A DNA stretch of 64,000 nt from NCBI GenBank assembly GCA_040954595.2, contig CM082592.2, positions 4,170,735 to 4,234,734 of the forward strand, written 5' to 3'. Numbering within the stretch: the stretch's first letter is position 1; every line of letters begins with the position of its first letter. This stretch comes from Balanoglossus misakiensis (Eukaryota; Animalia; Hemichordata). The notes under the pieces are model-generated. The model saw only the letters and a program-made list of their open reading frames with translations, was not told the origin of the DNA and ran no database searches. This document shows, one piece after another, positions 36,301-51,300 of the stretch. Both the position numbers and the translations under genes were made by a program.

Positions 36301-39300
36301 TTTGTACATACATTTTGTACATACATACATACATACATACATACATACATACATACATACATACATACATACATACATACATACATGTACATGTATACAT
36401 GCACTTATGTGAAAGGCAAGCATTATAAATTAAAAATACTATAAATGTATGAGTAAACGAAGTTTTTCAAACATGAATATTAACATGCATCGCTTCGTGA
36501 CACTACATGTTAGATGGTTAATCGATTCTTCATCTGTAACACCTTGTTATCCACTGTGTTTGAAAATGTTCAACATCGCTGTGATGGAAAACCCTTTGGA
36601 TTTTAATATTTCCCCAGCAGCGATTCATTCATCCAGTCAGTTGTTAAGTGAAAGTATAATAGTCTGACATTTCAATGTTTCTTGTGCTGCAGCTGCAAGC
36701 ATGGTTTCCATGGCTCCCTCCCAGGGCACAGAAAGAGAGGGAGGGAGAAAAAGAAAACTGAGTGACATTGGATTGACATGACGTCAATGGCGGGATTTGT
36801 CAATGGCATTTGCTATTGTGAGGGCAGTTGGGAAAAACATCGGCTGTTGCCTAGCGATCGGCATCCTTGCACTGGCCTTCAACCTGCCAAACATCCCGAA
36901 AAGGTTTTCAGCCCAGAACAACATATCAAATACACACCTTGAACTGTGGATGCCTTTTGTTTTGTAGAAAAATACTGTCAAACGCTTTATTTTCACAAGC
37001 AATACATTTTCGCGAAATACGCGAGATCCAAAATTAAAATAAAATTCGCGTAAATTCTTTTTGAAGATAACGATGCAGTGAATGAAATAAGAGAACGCGA
37101 AAAATTAATACTCGCGAAACAGTGGCCTCTCTCGATATCGCGAAAAAATTTTAACTCGTGTTTTACCGTAGATAACGGATGTGTCTCCTTGTTGTGCTGA
37201 CAGGCGTTCGTGTGTGAGGAAGAAGATCGTTGATGAAATTGACTGAAAATGATGTCACAATGGGGCAAATAAATATTCAGAATCAGAGGCTGTTTAATAA
37301 AGAGAGCAGACAATCATAGAGAAATGCTTGACATCACTGATAAACTGAGTGTTTTAATAGCTCAAGGTTAAACAACTTGGCTATGTGTGAAGTTTCAGTG
37401 TACAGGTTTGTTTACAAAATATTCGTAAAATTGAGATATAAGCAGGAAACCATTAAATTGTCTGTTAATGACAAATACAATGTTGATACCAAGTGTACAA
37501 TACATAAAAAATAGTTTATATTACAACCATATTACTAATTATGACCATATTACTAATACCCATTTGATTGACATCAATATTGTAATTTTCTATTTTTAAT
37601 GTATTCAAGATTAGCAGACGATGCATGTAGCATTTGCAATGCTGGTTTGAAGTTCTGATTGGCCAACAGCTTTAATACCCGAAGGTTCCAGTAGCCAATC
37701 AGCTTTCAGCTGGTGAGAAGATTGGCATGTGATGATAAGGAACAGTGATTTTGTACAACTGACTATCCACACACTGGAACTAGCTTAGTTGCTATACATC
37801 TTGGAAGTTGCATAAGGTGTGAGGTATATAATACACTTATGAAACATAATCCCTCCGGATATTGTGTGACGTTTCCCCTAAAAAGTGAACCATTTTAATC
37901 CTATTTCTAACCCTTTCACCCCCATTTCCCTGTAAAGAGGTCGAACTTTACCATAAAGATAAGTAAGTTTGGACTTAACCACGGTGATGAAAGGGATAAA
38001 CTGAATATCTTGTTCAGAATATCTGCAGATGTGAGGCTGTTGCAAAAGTCCACGATGCTAGGCTGTATTTTTTGCCAAGACAGGGCAGGAAAGGTGCTGA
38101 ACTTACACGCAGTGAATTAGCGCACAACCATACCGCATATTGAATGTCCAGACATAACAGATGCGAACGTTCTACATACAGACAGGATTACAGGGACAGT
38201 GGTTGAAGCTTTTCAATTTTTTTTCGGTATTTTCATTTTTGCAGGATATGTATTTCTTGTTCTGCTTTTCCTATAGCATGCAAAAATTCTCAGTACTGTA
38301 CTTGTCGACAAAACCTTTATTGCAATGTATTCTCTAGCAACCAACAAGGAACTACAGCTGATGCACGTATAGTCAACAGAGACACCGGATAAATAGCAGA
38401 AAGTTAACAGAGCTTGAATAATCTGTACGGATGAAAATTGTTAGGTCTGTGTAGGGCAGACACTGTTTATTGCCGAGGTCACAAAATCATTCAGACTTCA
38501 AGGAGCAAAATTATAAAAGGAGAAAAAACAAGAAAGAGAGAGAGAGAGTGATTTTTATCCGAAATGTCAATGACTCATCTGATGCATCACTTGGCACGGC
38601 CGGCCAAACAGACTGTGTATAAACTGTTTCTGACAGTGTTGATTTTCATGCAAATGTTCAATTCTGAGTCACTCACTTTCACTGGCAACAAGACAATTAA
38701 TACAACAGTAGGATGAAAACATGATAGACGCTGTTAATGACCTTGACCGACGGATGATTTTGAGCAGTTTCAGCCTTTAAATCTCACTGTCGTTCCAGTG
38801 GGACGGCTAATTGCTCTGACAAACTTGCCCCCATTGATCATGTTAAACATCATCAGAAATTGCCTCGGCGTATGATTCAACAAATTTGTCACCATCAGGA
38901 ATTGAGAGAAAATAAAGTGGAAAGGGCACTTGAACTTGCGAATATTGTTTTTACTCCCATATTCAGATTAGCCTGAACTTGTGCGTTGAATGAAAGCCCC
39001 CTCCCTCTTTGCACTGGGCCAATCGCGTGACTGTGTATTCTGGAGAGAGAAAAAAATACCATTATGAATTGGGGTCAATAGACAGGGAGTCATTCACCCA
39101 GACAAGCGCCGCGGAACTGATATCAATATTCCGAGCACATTGCAAGCAGACACTGTGCCACTGACAGTGTGTGTCTGTGCATGCAACTGTTACAAATTCA
39201 GGTATGTATTTTTCGGTAGCGCGCATAACTTTTTGGTTTATTTTGAATCGTTCTAATAGGAGCGATTATCAAAAAAGGGATTATGGCTTAGGCGTGATTA

Positions 39301-42300
39301 GACGCTATTGATTAATTTGAGCCGAGACAAACTTGTACATGTAACTTACTTAGTGGGACTATGAAAACCATTGGTGTATACAGCCTCCATGGTTCGGTTC
39401 TTAGCAAACAAGAGAGACAGAAAATTTCTAAGTGTATCACGTCCACAGATGACAGACGCGATTGCCTGACGAGGAAGTTTAGTTTTCTGTGTATGGCAGG
39501 GTAATTATAACGTTTAGTGATTTATACGTAATGGGAGAGTGCATATAACATTCAAAAGTGATATTTTAATGACCCGTGTTTACTGAACTTTTGTTTTGGG
39601 GCTTTTTACTGCCTTTGTGTAACTCAGCCTATATGGGCTGTGTCAGTCTGTGGGTATACTATACTAACTCAGGCATGACTAATGGTATTGGAAGCAAATT
39701 TCATATTCATTCTGTTTGGAAATAGCAATTAAGAACAAATTAATTTTTGGATTGGTGTGGTTTTGAATAGTAGAGTTATCATAACCCAGTATTTTCATAC
39801 CTGCATTCAGATTTGGTGAATCTTGATTTGTACAAAGATGTTTCCATATCTAGCTTTCGCAGTACCACTCAATTTAGTTGTCAATTTGCATGTGTAATGA
39901 ACTTCTGTAATTGGCAGAAAAACATCGAGAATAATACTGTACCAAATTTGCTGAAACTTCCTGCATCTGTTGATCTTACAGAGGTGCATGTTATTGTTCT
40001 GAGATATATATAGCCGTGTGTCATGTCAGCTAGATGTTAAATATGTTCATGTACTACATGTATGTGTGTGATACGATATATATGTGTATTCATGTATGTA
40101 TATGGTATTTTGTACTTATAAACAACTTGTAGTTGGCCCCAGAACACTTTATATGCATGTATGTGCAATCAGACTGAAGAGGTATGCAAATTAGGTGTGG
40201 CCATTATTGCTTTGTTAGCCAGCCATCATTGGTGCATGTCACTCTGGGGATGTCACTTCTGCAGTATTTGACCAATCAAATGCCGCGGTCTATATTTATG
40301 GGCTTTTGGGAGGAACATCTGAGTGGTACAATGTATGCCTATGACAGGAATCCTTCTGTGACGTCCGATGATCACTGTTCTGCTACTGGTAGGCTGTGCA
40401 TTTAGAAAGTGCACCAGGTACACCAAGGCTGATTGGCTTGGAGAAGTAAAGGGGGGTGTCACTCCTAACGTCATTCGTCTGTACTGTAATAGTATATGGA
40501 AACACTGTCATGATGGCTTGTGCTGTAAAATTTGGAAGTTTGGTTTGTCAGGAAATGGTGCACCATTTGCAAAACACTCATTCTCAAACCAAAAAGCTAC
40601 ACTGGGTAAATGTAGAATTGATTAGCCTTCTCAAAAAACACAATTGGTCTTTGTTTTAATAATAAGTGAAATAATCTAATTTTTTTCCTCATGCTTTACT
40701 AAAGGTGGAGCTGAACAAATTGTAAAATATATATAGAGGTAAAAACTAAAATTACCAACAAAATTCACACTTTCAAAAATCTGAGGATTATTAAAGTTCT
40801 GTAATCAGCACGTCCAGTACACAGATCAAGCTGGATGTATAAATGAAAATAGTTTATTTGCTTGTCAATTTTCTGTCTACATCTTGGCCATGTCAAAGAT
40901 ACTTAAACGACAGCTCATCCCACAAAATCTTTCCCAAATATTTCCAAAAAACCTCCTTTTTTTACACATTAATTAAAGCAAGTTGTTTATTAGCCTGAAC
41001 AGAGTTAAATTATGTATTCATTACAAATTTACATCACAAAATTTGACCAATTTTACAGAAAAAAAAGACAAAAAAAACTACATCACAATTGAAATGGCAA
41101 GTTGTTTATGAGACTGAACAAAGGTAAATCTATATGTGTTCATTACAGATAATATACATCACAATTTTTTTTATAGAAAAAAGACAAACTGATTTCTGAC
41201 TGTATAAAAAATTGCCCCCAAAATGTACACATGTGGCCGTCAGGTCGTACCTGCTATAGGGTGTCGCATAATTTTCCACTGTGATGGTAATCACAGACAT
41301 CGCTTCAGAAAGCCTTGACATGTCTGAGTTGAGATTGTTTGAACTCCAGTCTGGCATCCCCAGCCAGACAGTCACTCGCAATGAGGTGCAGCCGAGATGT
41401 AGACTCAACCTTTGACAGACAAATCAGCCAGCCCAGATCCCGCAGGTTGAATCGAACCGAAGATGCCAGATTTTTTCTCCCCTTTCTGTTATTTTTTCCC
41501 CTTTTCACAAAAATAACCCTGTCAACTTCGCGCAGTGGGATACCCCACTCAAAAAAAACAATCCTTTCAATCGCCGGGTCAGTTTAGAACTGTAAGCGGG
41601 GCAGTAAGGTTGAAAAAGGTTTATTCGGCTTAGATTCAGAATAATTACATGTCACCCATTCTTGTGTACCACACAGAACCAGGCCAGATCGCTACTTAAT
41701 AGATAAGAGTACAATTTCAGATTTTTAAAGAGAAACAAATTAAACAGAGAGTGTACAAGACGAAAATGTGATTAACAAATTCTGTCTGACATGAGATTCG
41801 ATTAAGACTTTCTCTTATAAAACCAGTCTACGCGCTCAACAATAAATTTCAACAGAGTTTCAAAAATCATCGGTTGTTGTCATGTCGATACATAACTCTC
41901 ACCTCAACACCCTGTAAACATTTTAACCAGACATCAGTGTGTCATGCGACAAATCAAAATGACTCATGGATGGAATCTGTACAAAAAGGGATTTTTTTTT
42001 TTGCATTTTATTTTTTATTTAAAATAAAGTGTCATCCATAGATAATAGTTCCCATTTACAGGAGAGGTTCCCGTCGATTTGGAGTAAAGACAAAACAAGG
42101 AGAAGAAAGTGCCTTGCTCAAGGGCACGACACCAGGGCTTGCATGTGTCTAGACATTGCCTTCCTCTGATAAAAGTCTAGTCCCCAAGCAGCCGATACTT
42201 GTACCACAGTGCCTACTGAAAAACACTGATTTAGGTGGCATTGCATGAAAAGTTGTGATTTTTGCCAAATTTTCCTTTTTTACATAAATCGGAAAGTCTA

Positions 42301-45300
42301 ATACCGACCCACATTCTGACAAATGTGTCTTGGTGGAAATGGTACATGGTTTGAAAGTGTGTGAGTGTTTTCACCATGCATTCAGTGTGTATCAAGCATC
42401 ACAAAATGTACATAAGAAGTACATGTAACATTATGCATGTAAAAAGAAGTGGTAGAAACTTGTATCTGCCATTTACAGTTGTGACCTTCTGGAAGGTCAC
42501 ATTATGGTGTCTGCATCACATAGATCTGCGTTTGGATCAGATGTTATCCATCATACAAACTCTTCCATGCTGGCAAACTGGAAGATGACATTGCAGTTTT
42601 ATGTACTCGGTCCTTGTTGCAGGGAAGGGACCATTTTAGCTTGAGCCTTCACTGGAGTGAAGTTGTGGGTACACTAGCCATCCCATGCCTGCAGTGTTGG
42701 ACCAGGGCGTGTGTTATTACCTCAGAAGTCACACGATTTAAAAAAGAATAGCATGTCTGAATGCAAAGTCTTCTTACTTCATTTTGTTCACACAGCGCCA
42801 CTAAGATAACCGTACCTGTTATCATGTATACAAGTATACAACGCAGATATTTTGAGAAAGCACTATTTATTCAAATTCACATATACAAATTTCAAAGTAT
42901 TTTTCTCCCATCCATCCATCCCCTGAAGTACAGTTTCCCTTTCTTTGTGTAGTACAGATGCAGCCGGAACATTTGTGGGTTTAAATACATCTCACCAGAT
43001 TAGGAGAGAATAATCCAGGGTTTCAATAAACATTTGTGGGTAGATTTTGTAAGAAAAAAAGAAAAAAATGGCAATTGTTGTCGAGTACAATCGGTTGTCA
43101 TTGCTCATTGCTGGTAAGGTGGGACGTGTAGGCCGCGACGACAAAGAAATTTGCATGGCGTCTCCCTGTCTGGCCTTCAGTCTGAGCAGAATAAAAGGGG
43201 AAACACAAGGACATCTGTTGTCGTGGTAACTGATTCCACCAGCGCTGCTATGCCGTCGAAATCTTGTTTCTGTGACCTTAACTCAAGAAGTAAGAGAAAA
43301 ATGAGATATGCATATATTTTGTGGTATTGTATCTTTCGGATTTTTTTTTTCAAACAGTGATACATAACTGTGGCTCTGATATTGTCAGGGAAACATCTAA
43401 ATATGAGTACTGCAGTTAGAAATAACAGGATGGACTAACTATTGTGTATTCATTTGTTGTGTCTTTGTTTTTTTTCTCTTCTGATTTAACCCTTTCACCC
43501 CCAGTTCCCAGCACCTTACCATAGAAAACAATGGACTTGGACTGAACCATGGTGGTGAAAGGGTTACTTAGGCTGGGTTGGCACTGTTTTGCTTCGTTGA
43601 TTGCAGGCTGCATTGGCATGACGCTGGCTTTTAGAAAGTGACCATGTCAATTGCTTAATCAAGGAGTCGCCAAATGCCCAACTTAATTAACAAAACCGAT
43701 TTTATGTGTCGTTAATCGACTGTAATGTGCATTACTGAGATGCAGTTGCTATCAGTCAGTTAGAAAATTACATGTAGTCTGTGTGGACATGCGTGAATGC
43801 AGAATAACAGGCAGTTCTCTGGTGACATTTTCTGGTACTCACCCAAATATGGCCACTTTTGCTGAGTAGCCAGGCAAACATATTTCCTAGTATTTTATTT
43901 CGTTATGCTCTTCCTAATTGATATGAAACAACATGGTCTCCAATAGAGGTAAATGTGAAAGTCACAGAGTACCATCACACAGCCTAAAGGTCTTGCCGAA
44001 ATAGTATGTGGTCCTCCATATGTATTGCCTTCTGGTGCACTTTGTAATTCAATTTAATTCAATTGATTTTTAGGATTTATTTGAAGAGACTTTTGAGTTT
44101 TAGCCCTGTGGGAGTGCACATGTATGTGAAACGAAAAATTCTCTTGCATCATGTATCTTGTTTGACAGTGGTGTGCAGTCTCGATTTAGGGACCTCGGTG
44201 CTGTTGCCAGGAGTCTGGGTCTAGATTAGTTCTGTAACACTATCCATAGTCATGATACAAGGGTAACAGCTTGGCAGTTTTTTGTGCATAAAGGGAGATT
44301 GGTGCGTTTGCATGAATCGAGGTTTTTCAGGCATGGAGAACTTGAATGCATGTTTGCTTGAAGATCTCACATATTTGAGCACCTGATATGTACATGCAAG
44401 TCCACATTCATTGAGAAGTATAAATTACTGAAATTGTTTTATGTGTCCAGATTTGGTCGTCCGCAGACTTTTTAAAGTTCCATTTTGATTCATGTATCCA
44501 GCATTTCCAGGCCTGCAATTATTCACAACTTATGTAAGCTGGACAAGTATTACTTTCTGCAATATGGGGACATGTCATACAGTGAAATAAAAGTTTTAAC
44601 TGTTCAGGTATTCCTTTGTTTGCGGAGAGCTTTGTCACCTATACAGAAAAAGGGGAAGGACCTTCTTGTACAGACGAGAAATTTCTGAAATTTTGAGTTC
44701 CTAGTCTGATACTGATCAAATGAGATTGTGTGACCATGTGATTCCTGCAAATCTGGAATCAAATCTAGTAAAAGATTAAAAAAGTTGCAGTTTTCCAGTG
44801 GATTGAATGAATACCCCCCCCCCCCCCCCCCCTTAGCCTTTCTTGTAATCTGTGCAGGTGTACGTTTATTTGGTTCCATCGGTTTTGCACCAGTAACCTT
44901 GTAGGTGTGTATATCTGTCTGCCTTTTGGTTAGGTAACAAACCAAGACCAGACGAGACACGTCATTGTCATTCCATTTGTTGAACTTTGACCTATGCAAA
45001 TAAAGTCCAGTCTCCTTGGCGGTTCCAGACCCACAAAAATGAAAAAAAAATGTGGCATTGTGACCTTTGGAAATTCTGAAGTAAATTATATTGTTATAAT
45101 ATGCAGAATTCTTTTTTATACATGAAAATTTCATAAAAATGAGGTGAAAAACTAGTCTGCAATATAGTCATTCAGTCTATCATTGTAAAAAAAAATTATG
45201 TTGGTCCTTAAAATTCACTGATGTCTGAGGCATTATTTTCGAGCACTTATATTCTAAGTATAACAAGACCCATTTTTTTTGAAATGAGCATCTTATATCA

Positions 45301-48300
45301 CAGAATTTGATATTTTTCGAGAAAAAAAAGATGGCTGACAACAGTGTGTCTGTAAATCTGCAGTGGGTGTTGAGCACACTCCTGTTTCAATATGTAGTCT
45401 GTCAGCCCCTGATTGGCTGAGCACTCTGTTCTCCCCCATGCAAATATAAAGCCTGACCACAACTGGCAGACAGGTTACGTAATATGCCTAGTCAGGGCGA
45501 TATAATTGGGACCGGGGTCTGGTACAGTGCATCAGTGGAGATATACAACATTACCTGCAACGTCCGTCTCTGGGCAGTGTGTGTGTCGTGCAGTGGTCCA
45601 TGAAAACTCTGCCAGATTCCAACCGCTCCCTGGATCAAAATGGCCGGCAGAACAAAAATCCGAGGAAAAATGGATTTTAGCAACGTGAGGATGACAGCCA
45701 TGTAAGTTTCTGATATGGAAAATTTCTTCAACCCCCAGACTACATACATGTATGTGCTGGTCAAAATTTTGGGAATATTTTTTGATCAGCTATTAGTGAA
45801 TGTTAACTTTGCCATGTGTTTGACAACTGTGACAGTTACACCCACCAAACCAAAGTCACCTTAGAGTATCAATCAGTTGAGAGAATAAGATCTTGCGGGA
45901 ATTGGAAAAAATGTTAGCAATGTACATTTTAATAGAAAATAATCATGTTCAAGAAATGATATAGCTAACTTAACCACAAGTCAGTGAAATATGAGAAACA
46001 TCTCATTTTAATTTATCTTAATCACAGGAGCATAGAAAACGGCGTCACATTCATGGGTTGTATCGCAAATTTAATCTAATTTGAATATTCAACAAATACA
46101 CCCATGGATGTGAAGAAATTATCATTGCGTACTGAATGCGGCTACTTAAATTTCTATTTCATCCAAATTTTTCCCCCTTCACTCAGTGTTAAATTCCTGC
46201 CAACAATTGGGGCAGTCAGACGGAAACTGACAGTTGACCGTGTTTGACGCAAACAGATCGCTGCTTGGTAGTCGGTGTGTCCTTGCCAGTTGTAGATTAT
46301 TCAAATCAGTCGATACTAATTCAGACTACACTTGCAGTCTATTCAGATAAGGTCTACACATACGCAGTCATCAGTATTGTAAAGTTGCATTCTCTAATCA
46401 GAGATCAGGACGCTAGCTATCAAAGATGAATTGCAATTTTTGGGCTGCGAAAATTACACTTCCCGTTGAAAGATTTGAAAAGTCACCTGTAAGTACACGC
46501 ATGCACCAGGACATACCGAGTTGGGCGTAACGAACTAACAGAGTAGACCACAAGACCGAGCTAAGTCGCATAAAAAAAATCCACAAAATTAAATTTACCT
46601 AAAAATTTCTCATAATCGCTGACATTGTGTATCTTGCTTAAAGAATGACAATTGTAAGATGGAGGATCTGTAAATTCTAGTGAATTCTTGCAAATTTATG
46701 TAAAAAAAAAAAAACTTTCCTAAAAAAAGTGTCGCAAAGATTGCTTAAATTTTGCAAAGAGAATCCTATGTGTTACTACCATCAAAGTAGAGGAGGGGAA
46801 TATTGGCAGTCCTGGGTGTGGCCTCTGCTGGTGTATTGCCTAGCTGTCTGTTCTTTTGCATAGTTACGAGTGTAAGAACATGCGCCTACGCACTAGACTA
46901 GGTCTACTCAAACAAAAAAGAAAAATCAGAAAAAGGGAACGAAAAAAGAGATATGATAATTTGAAAAAAAACAAACCCACATTGTCCTGATTATTGTGCA
47001 AGGCCATTTTCAGTTCAACGTTTCCTGTAACAGCTTGAAATAGCCTAATATTGAAATTTATACTTCTGACCATATTGACTGTGATTATTCAACAAGTTAA
47101 AATATCAACCTGTATAATATTATACCAAGTCATCCAGCTTTGTAGAAATGAATCCTGATTCTATAATTTTTAAATGCTAATTTCTTAATCGGTACCTCTG
47201 TTTAATTAAGCTAGCAGGTGCATTAATTCGCATGAGTTTTATTTTTTGCTCTGAGACTTGTGCATGCAACTAGCCTCTTTTCCATGACCTCTGTGTGTCG
47301 AACTGAGTGAGATTTGTAATGGAATAGCCTGGCAGCGGGTCTGTACAATCAACTATTTCCCATGATCGTACGTCTATGGTGTTGGTTTACATAACTGTAT
47401 AGCAAGCATGATTATTTTGTGTGTTTTTTTTTGAGGGACTAGGTTCTGAACAAATTTCAGTCTTTTGAATTGGCATTGTGCTGGGATGTTCAGGCAGATC
47501 AATATTTCTGGCGCTCCAGTTCAAGTGACCGTGCTTTACATAAAGCTGTGGGTGTTCTTCAAATACGAAAGGTCAAATGTATAATTTGATAGCACTTTTT
47601 TATGAACAAGAGAATATTTTTTGTCTTTTTTTGATATTTTCTCGATTGGTTGGAAATAAATTGGAATTTTTAGGGAAAAATCACCCTTCTGCGCGGAGCA
47701 GACACCCCTGCCAGCGAAATGCGCTGTCGCAGTGGGTTATTTGCCGTTGTCGCACCTTGGCCTGGTGGTCGTTCACCCCACGTTGTATTCAAATACAATT
47801 ATCAAGTCATATTCAATGATAAAGAGATGCAGCAGTGGTGATGCAGACAGCGTTCAAGTTCAGACGCAGTGTTTTTTTCGCTGAAGAATCGTCGTGCTGC
47901 TGCTGTTTGAACGGAGAGCGTTGCCAAAAAAGACCCCCAGAAATTTGTTCAATCCTGATAGCTCGAAAACAAGGCCATCTGTCTGTGTGTCTGCTGTATC
48001 TCCTGAAAAAAAAAAAACGTTACGTAACAACCCACGCCAGTTGAAAAAAGGGCTCCATGTCACCAGACAGACGCTATTCTTTAGTGGAAAGCATTCAGAG
48101 CCTCGCTGGTTAGCTAGAAACCAACATCTTCGCGGTGATCCACAGACATTTTGAAAACAAAAATGGGGTAAGGAACCTTCTATGTCTTTTTTCTCCTGGT
48201 GGAAACTGAAATATTGCATTAATTTGTTTCGGATTTCATGATATGAAAAGTCTGTTCGTTTTAATCCTGATGACGCCTTTATTTTTAAATTGCCAGACAG

Positions 48301-51300
48301 TTATATGCGAAAGACTGGGCAACCTTTTCTGTGGTTAAAGGTTTTTTTTTTCCAGGCCAGGTGGGTTTTACTGAAACATTGCTGACTTGGTGGACTTCAG
48401 GAAGATTGTAGGGCGTACAATTAAGCTGCGCTTTGAAACAAAGTGAATAATGCAGACAGAATAACTGTCTCCCCCTTTGTCTTTGAAATCCCTAGATAAA
48501 TGGTCGTTTATTGATTGAAGGCGTGGGCTTTTGTCTTTAGCAGACTGGGAGCTACTTGTTTTTATGTTACTTGTCCGGTGTTAACAGTGGTATATTTGGT
48601 ATAAATATTGACTGCAAAATGAATTCTATTCTGGTGGAAATGCAAGATTTTTTTTTTCAAACAGTGGAAGTGGCCTTGGTCTGTTGCCAGGGTGAAATGT
48701 AGAAACACTAGCAAAGGTTGAAAATAATCTTATTCTCTCTTTTTTCTCTGGTGGACATTCTAAATTTCATTTTGTCGTTGTTAAAGTTTGTGTAATTTTT
48801 TTTATAGTTTTGTGATTTTTTTTTACTCTTAAACGTATCAAGAAAGCAAGCAGTGACCTCGCTTTGAAAATAATCTCTGTCTAGGCACATACAGACAGAA
48901 GGTCACTGTCTGGCTGGTGGAAAATTAAGCGAAAGCCGAATTTTCCTTTCTCGTTTTGCATTCTATCTGGCCCATTGGATTTATTTTCGCAGTTTATTTA
49001 TGACTCTTACTCAGAACATGACAGATATGTGCAAAAAAAAATGAGTAAAAAGTCGCAAAAAAATTATTTTCAGTGATGGTCGTTTGATGGGCGTTGTCTG
49101 TTGTAATCATTATAGACTTGAACGTGGCCATTTTATCATAACAATTGCATAGCCATTCAACCAGTTGGCTTTGAAGATACAAAATGTATTCACATGTAAG
49201 TTGGGTAGCTTGGCAGGCAGTCGGGTCTAAGGTGAGGTCGCCAATAAACCGTAGGCGTCCTAAATTGAGAATTTTGTCAGAAAATTTTATATGGAAAATT
49301 ATATATTTGCTGTTTCTTTGTACGAAAGTTGAGTTTTAAACTTTACATTTGTTGCAAGCAAGCGATAATAACGTTTAATGCCAATTTTTTTTTTCCAGTG
49401 TTTAATTTTTATGAAAGTGTTGCTTTATGCCTCATTTCCCACACCTCAAAATTTCAATCAGGTTCTGTTAGATTTTCACAATAAAATGAAACGACGAAGG
49501 AAAACCTTTCTGTGGAACTTCGCCCATAATGCAATGCATACTGATATGTCGGTGCTCGGTACTTGCGTACTGTTAGCATTTTTTTTTATCTAAGTTTAAA
49601 TTATGCAATTAAGTGTACCCCACCACACCCCCCTCCCACTGAATTTCTGATACAGCATTGGTTGATCTGTGTAACAATGTAATAATTATTATAATGAGTG
49701 TCTTGTTTTTTCCCCAAAATTGTAGGATGAATTATTGCTTTGGGAAAACCTACTGCAGGCAAAAAGTCGATTTGTTAGAAGGTTAACAACCTTTGTTTGC
49801 ATGATTTATCCATTTTGTGCGCCAGTAGAATATATTAAGTTGTGCATGTAACAACTTGATTGAAAGGATGGATTTGGGGATGGGATGTGGGAATATTTTG
49901 CTTTTTATTGTAAATTTCATGGCAGTGAGGTCTTCTGTCATGAAGCAATTTTTTGCACCTGTATAGCAAACTTGAAAGTTTGAAACTGATGCATGGTTTT
50001 TTATAGTAGTATATGTATATATTGGCAGTGGGTTTTGTAGCACTCTCTGCGACTTTAATGGGGAATTGGTACATGTACATGTAACAACCAACCACAATGT
50101 TGTTTGTGTGATAGTGGTTATATATGCAAGTGGCGAACCACACCAGTGGTGTGGTTTTTTGTTTGTTTGTTCCGATACTCGAACCACAAAAGGGTAAAAC
50201 GTCAGCATGCGCGGCAGTGTATGGACGGTAAATGCAGACACCCCTTGAAATGTGTTGGTGACGTGTGGCGTGTGTGTGTGCATCCTTGGGATCTGACGAA
50301 GTTGAAGACTGAAGGAGACACACTGTCTCACACCGATACTGATTTCTGCAAGCTACATTGTACTCCTTGTCTCCATTTTTTTCACGCCCACATTCAGTTT
50401 TCTCAGAAACACTGCTCGTTGAGTCCCTAGTTCCGTAATTAACTAACCCTGAGACTTTTCCTGAAAGTGTGCGCAGCCCCTGCCCGGGGTAATTTCTGCG
50501 AGAAAGAACGGAAGCTGAGAACACAGTTTTGCCATATTGGTGAAACATTACCCCCTTTTTAACCCAAAGAATTCCAAGTGCCGTTACTCTTGTGTCTACA
50601 AGTGGGATGGAAGTTGAGTGTTGTCGAACGTTGATACGCTATATATCCACATGTAGAATAACATAAATGGTGTCTTCTCTTGTACTAAACGTAAAAAAGG
50701 GCAGCAAGAGAGAGACTTTGTCCCTTTAAAATTGTTACCACACCATTACACTGGATATTCTATGTTCTCTTCACAGGCATCATCAAGATTGCAAAGAAGC
50801 TGAACTTGAACTTGTTGGCCCCAAGAAAAAAGATTTCCGTCTTACTGATTGGCAACCATTCGGCTGGGAAGAGTTCTTTCATCAACTGGTGGGTGCATTT
50901 AATTATTATACTTATATTCAGAAAATTAATCGAAAAAATCACTGTTTTATTTGTTTAATGGTACGCAAGTCCAGACTTGGACCCCGGCATCAAAAATGAT
51001 GCTGATTTGCCGAGAATGAAATCAGATGTTATAAATTTTCAGATAAATAAGGAAATTCTATGGAAATAAAGTCTAAATATGGCGAGATCTTGTGAATCCT
51101 CCAGAGCTAATAGTTGATTGACAGAGGAAATTTCTGCCTTGTCTGAATTTAGAACATCCTGCCAAATTCCCTGGAAATTTCCATAGATTTCTCAGAATTT
51201 AATTTCACAACTTTTCACCCCCTGCGTTGATTTTGTACTCGCTTGATTTGTTTGAACGATAGTCACCAAAAGGGGAGGGAGGGGGGGGGGGGGGGGGTGA

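Noticed and set aside
35743-36444. several 115-233 aa HTYI/MYVC ORFs
   Set aside because: Translations of the (CATA)n microsatellite.
49783-50548. 182- and 237-aa minus-strand ORFs in intron 1
   Set aside because: No recognisable domain, codon bias or convincing splice context; probably chance.
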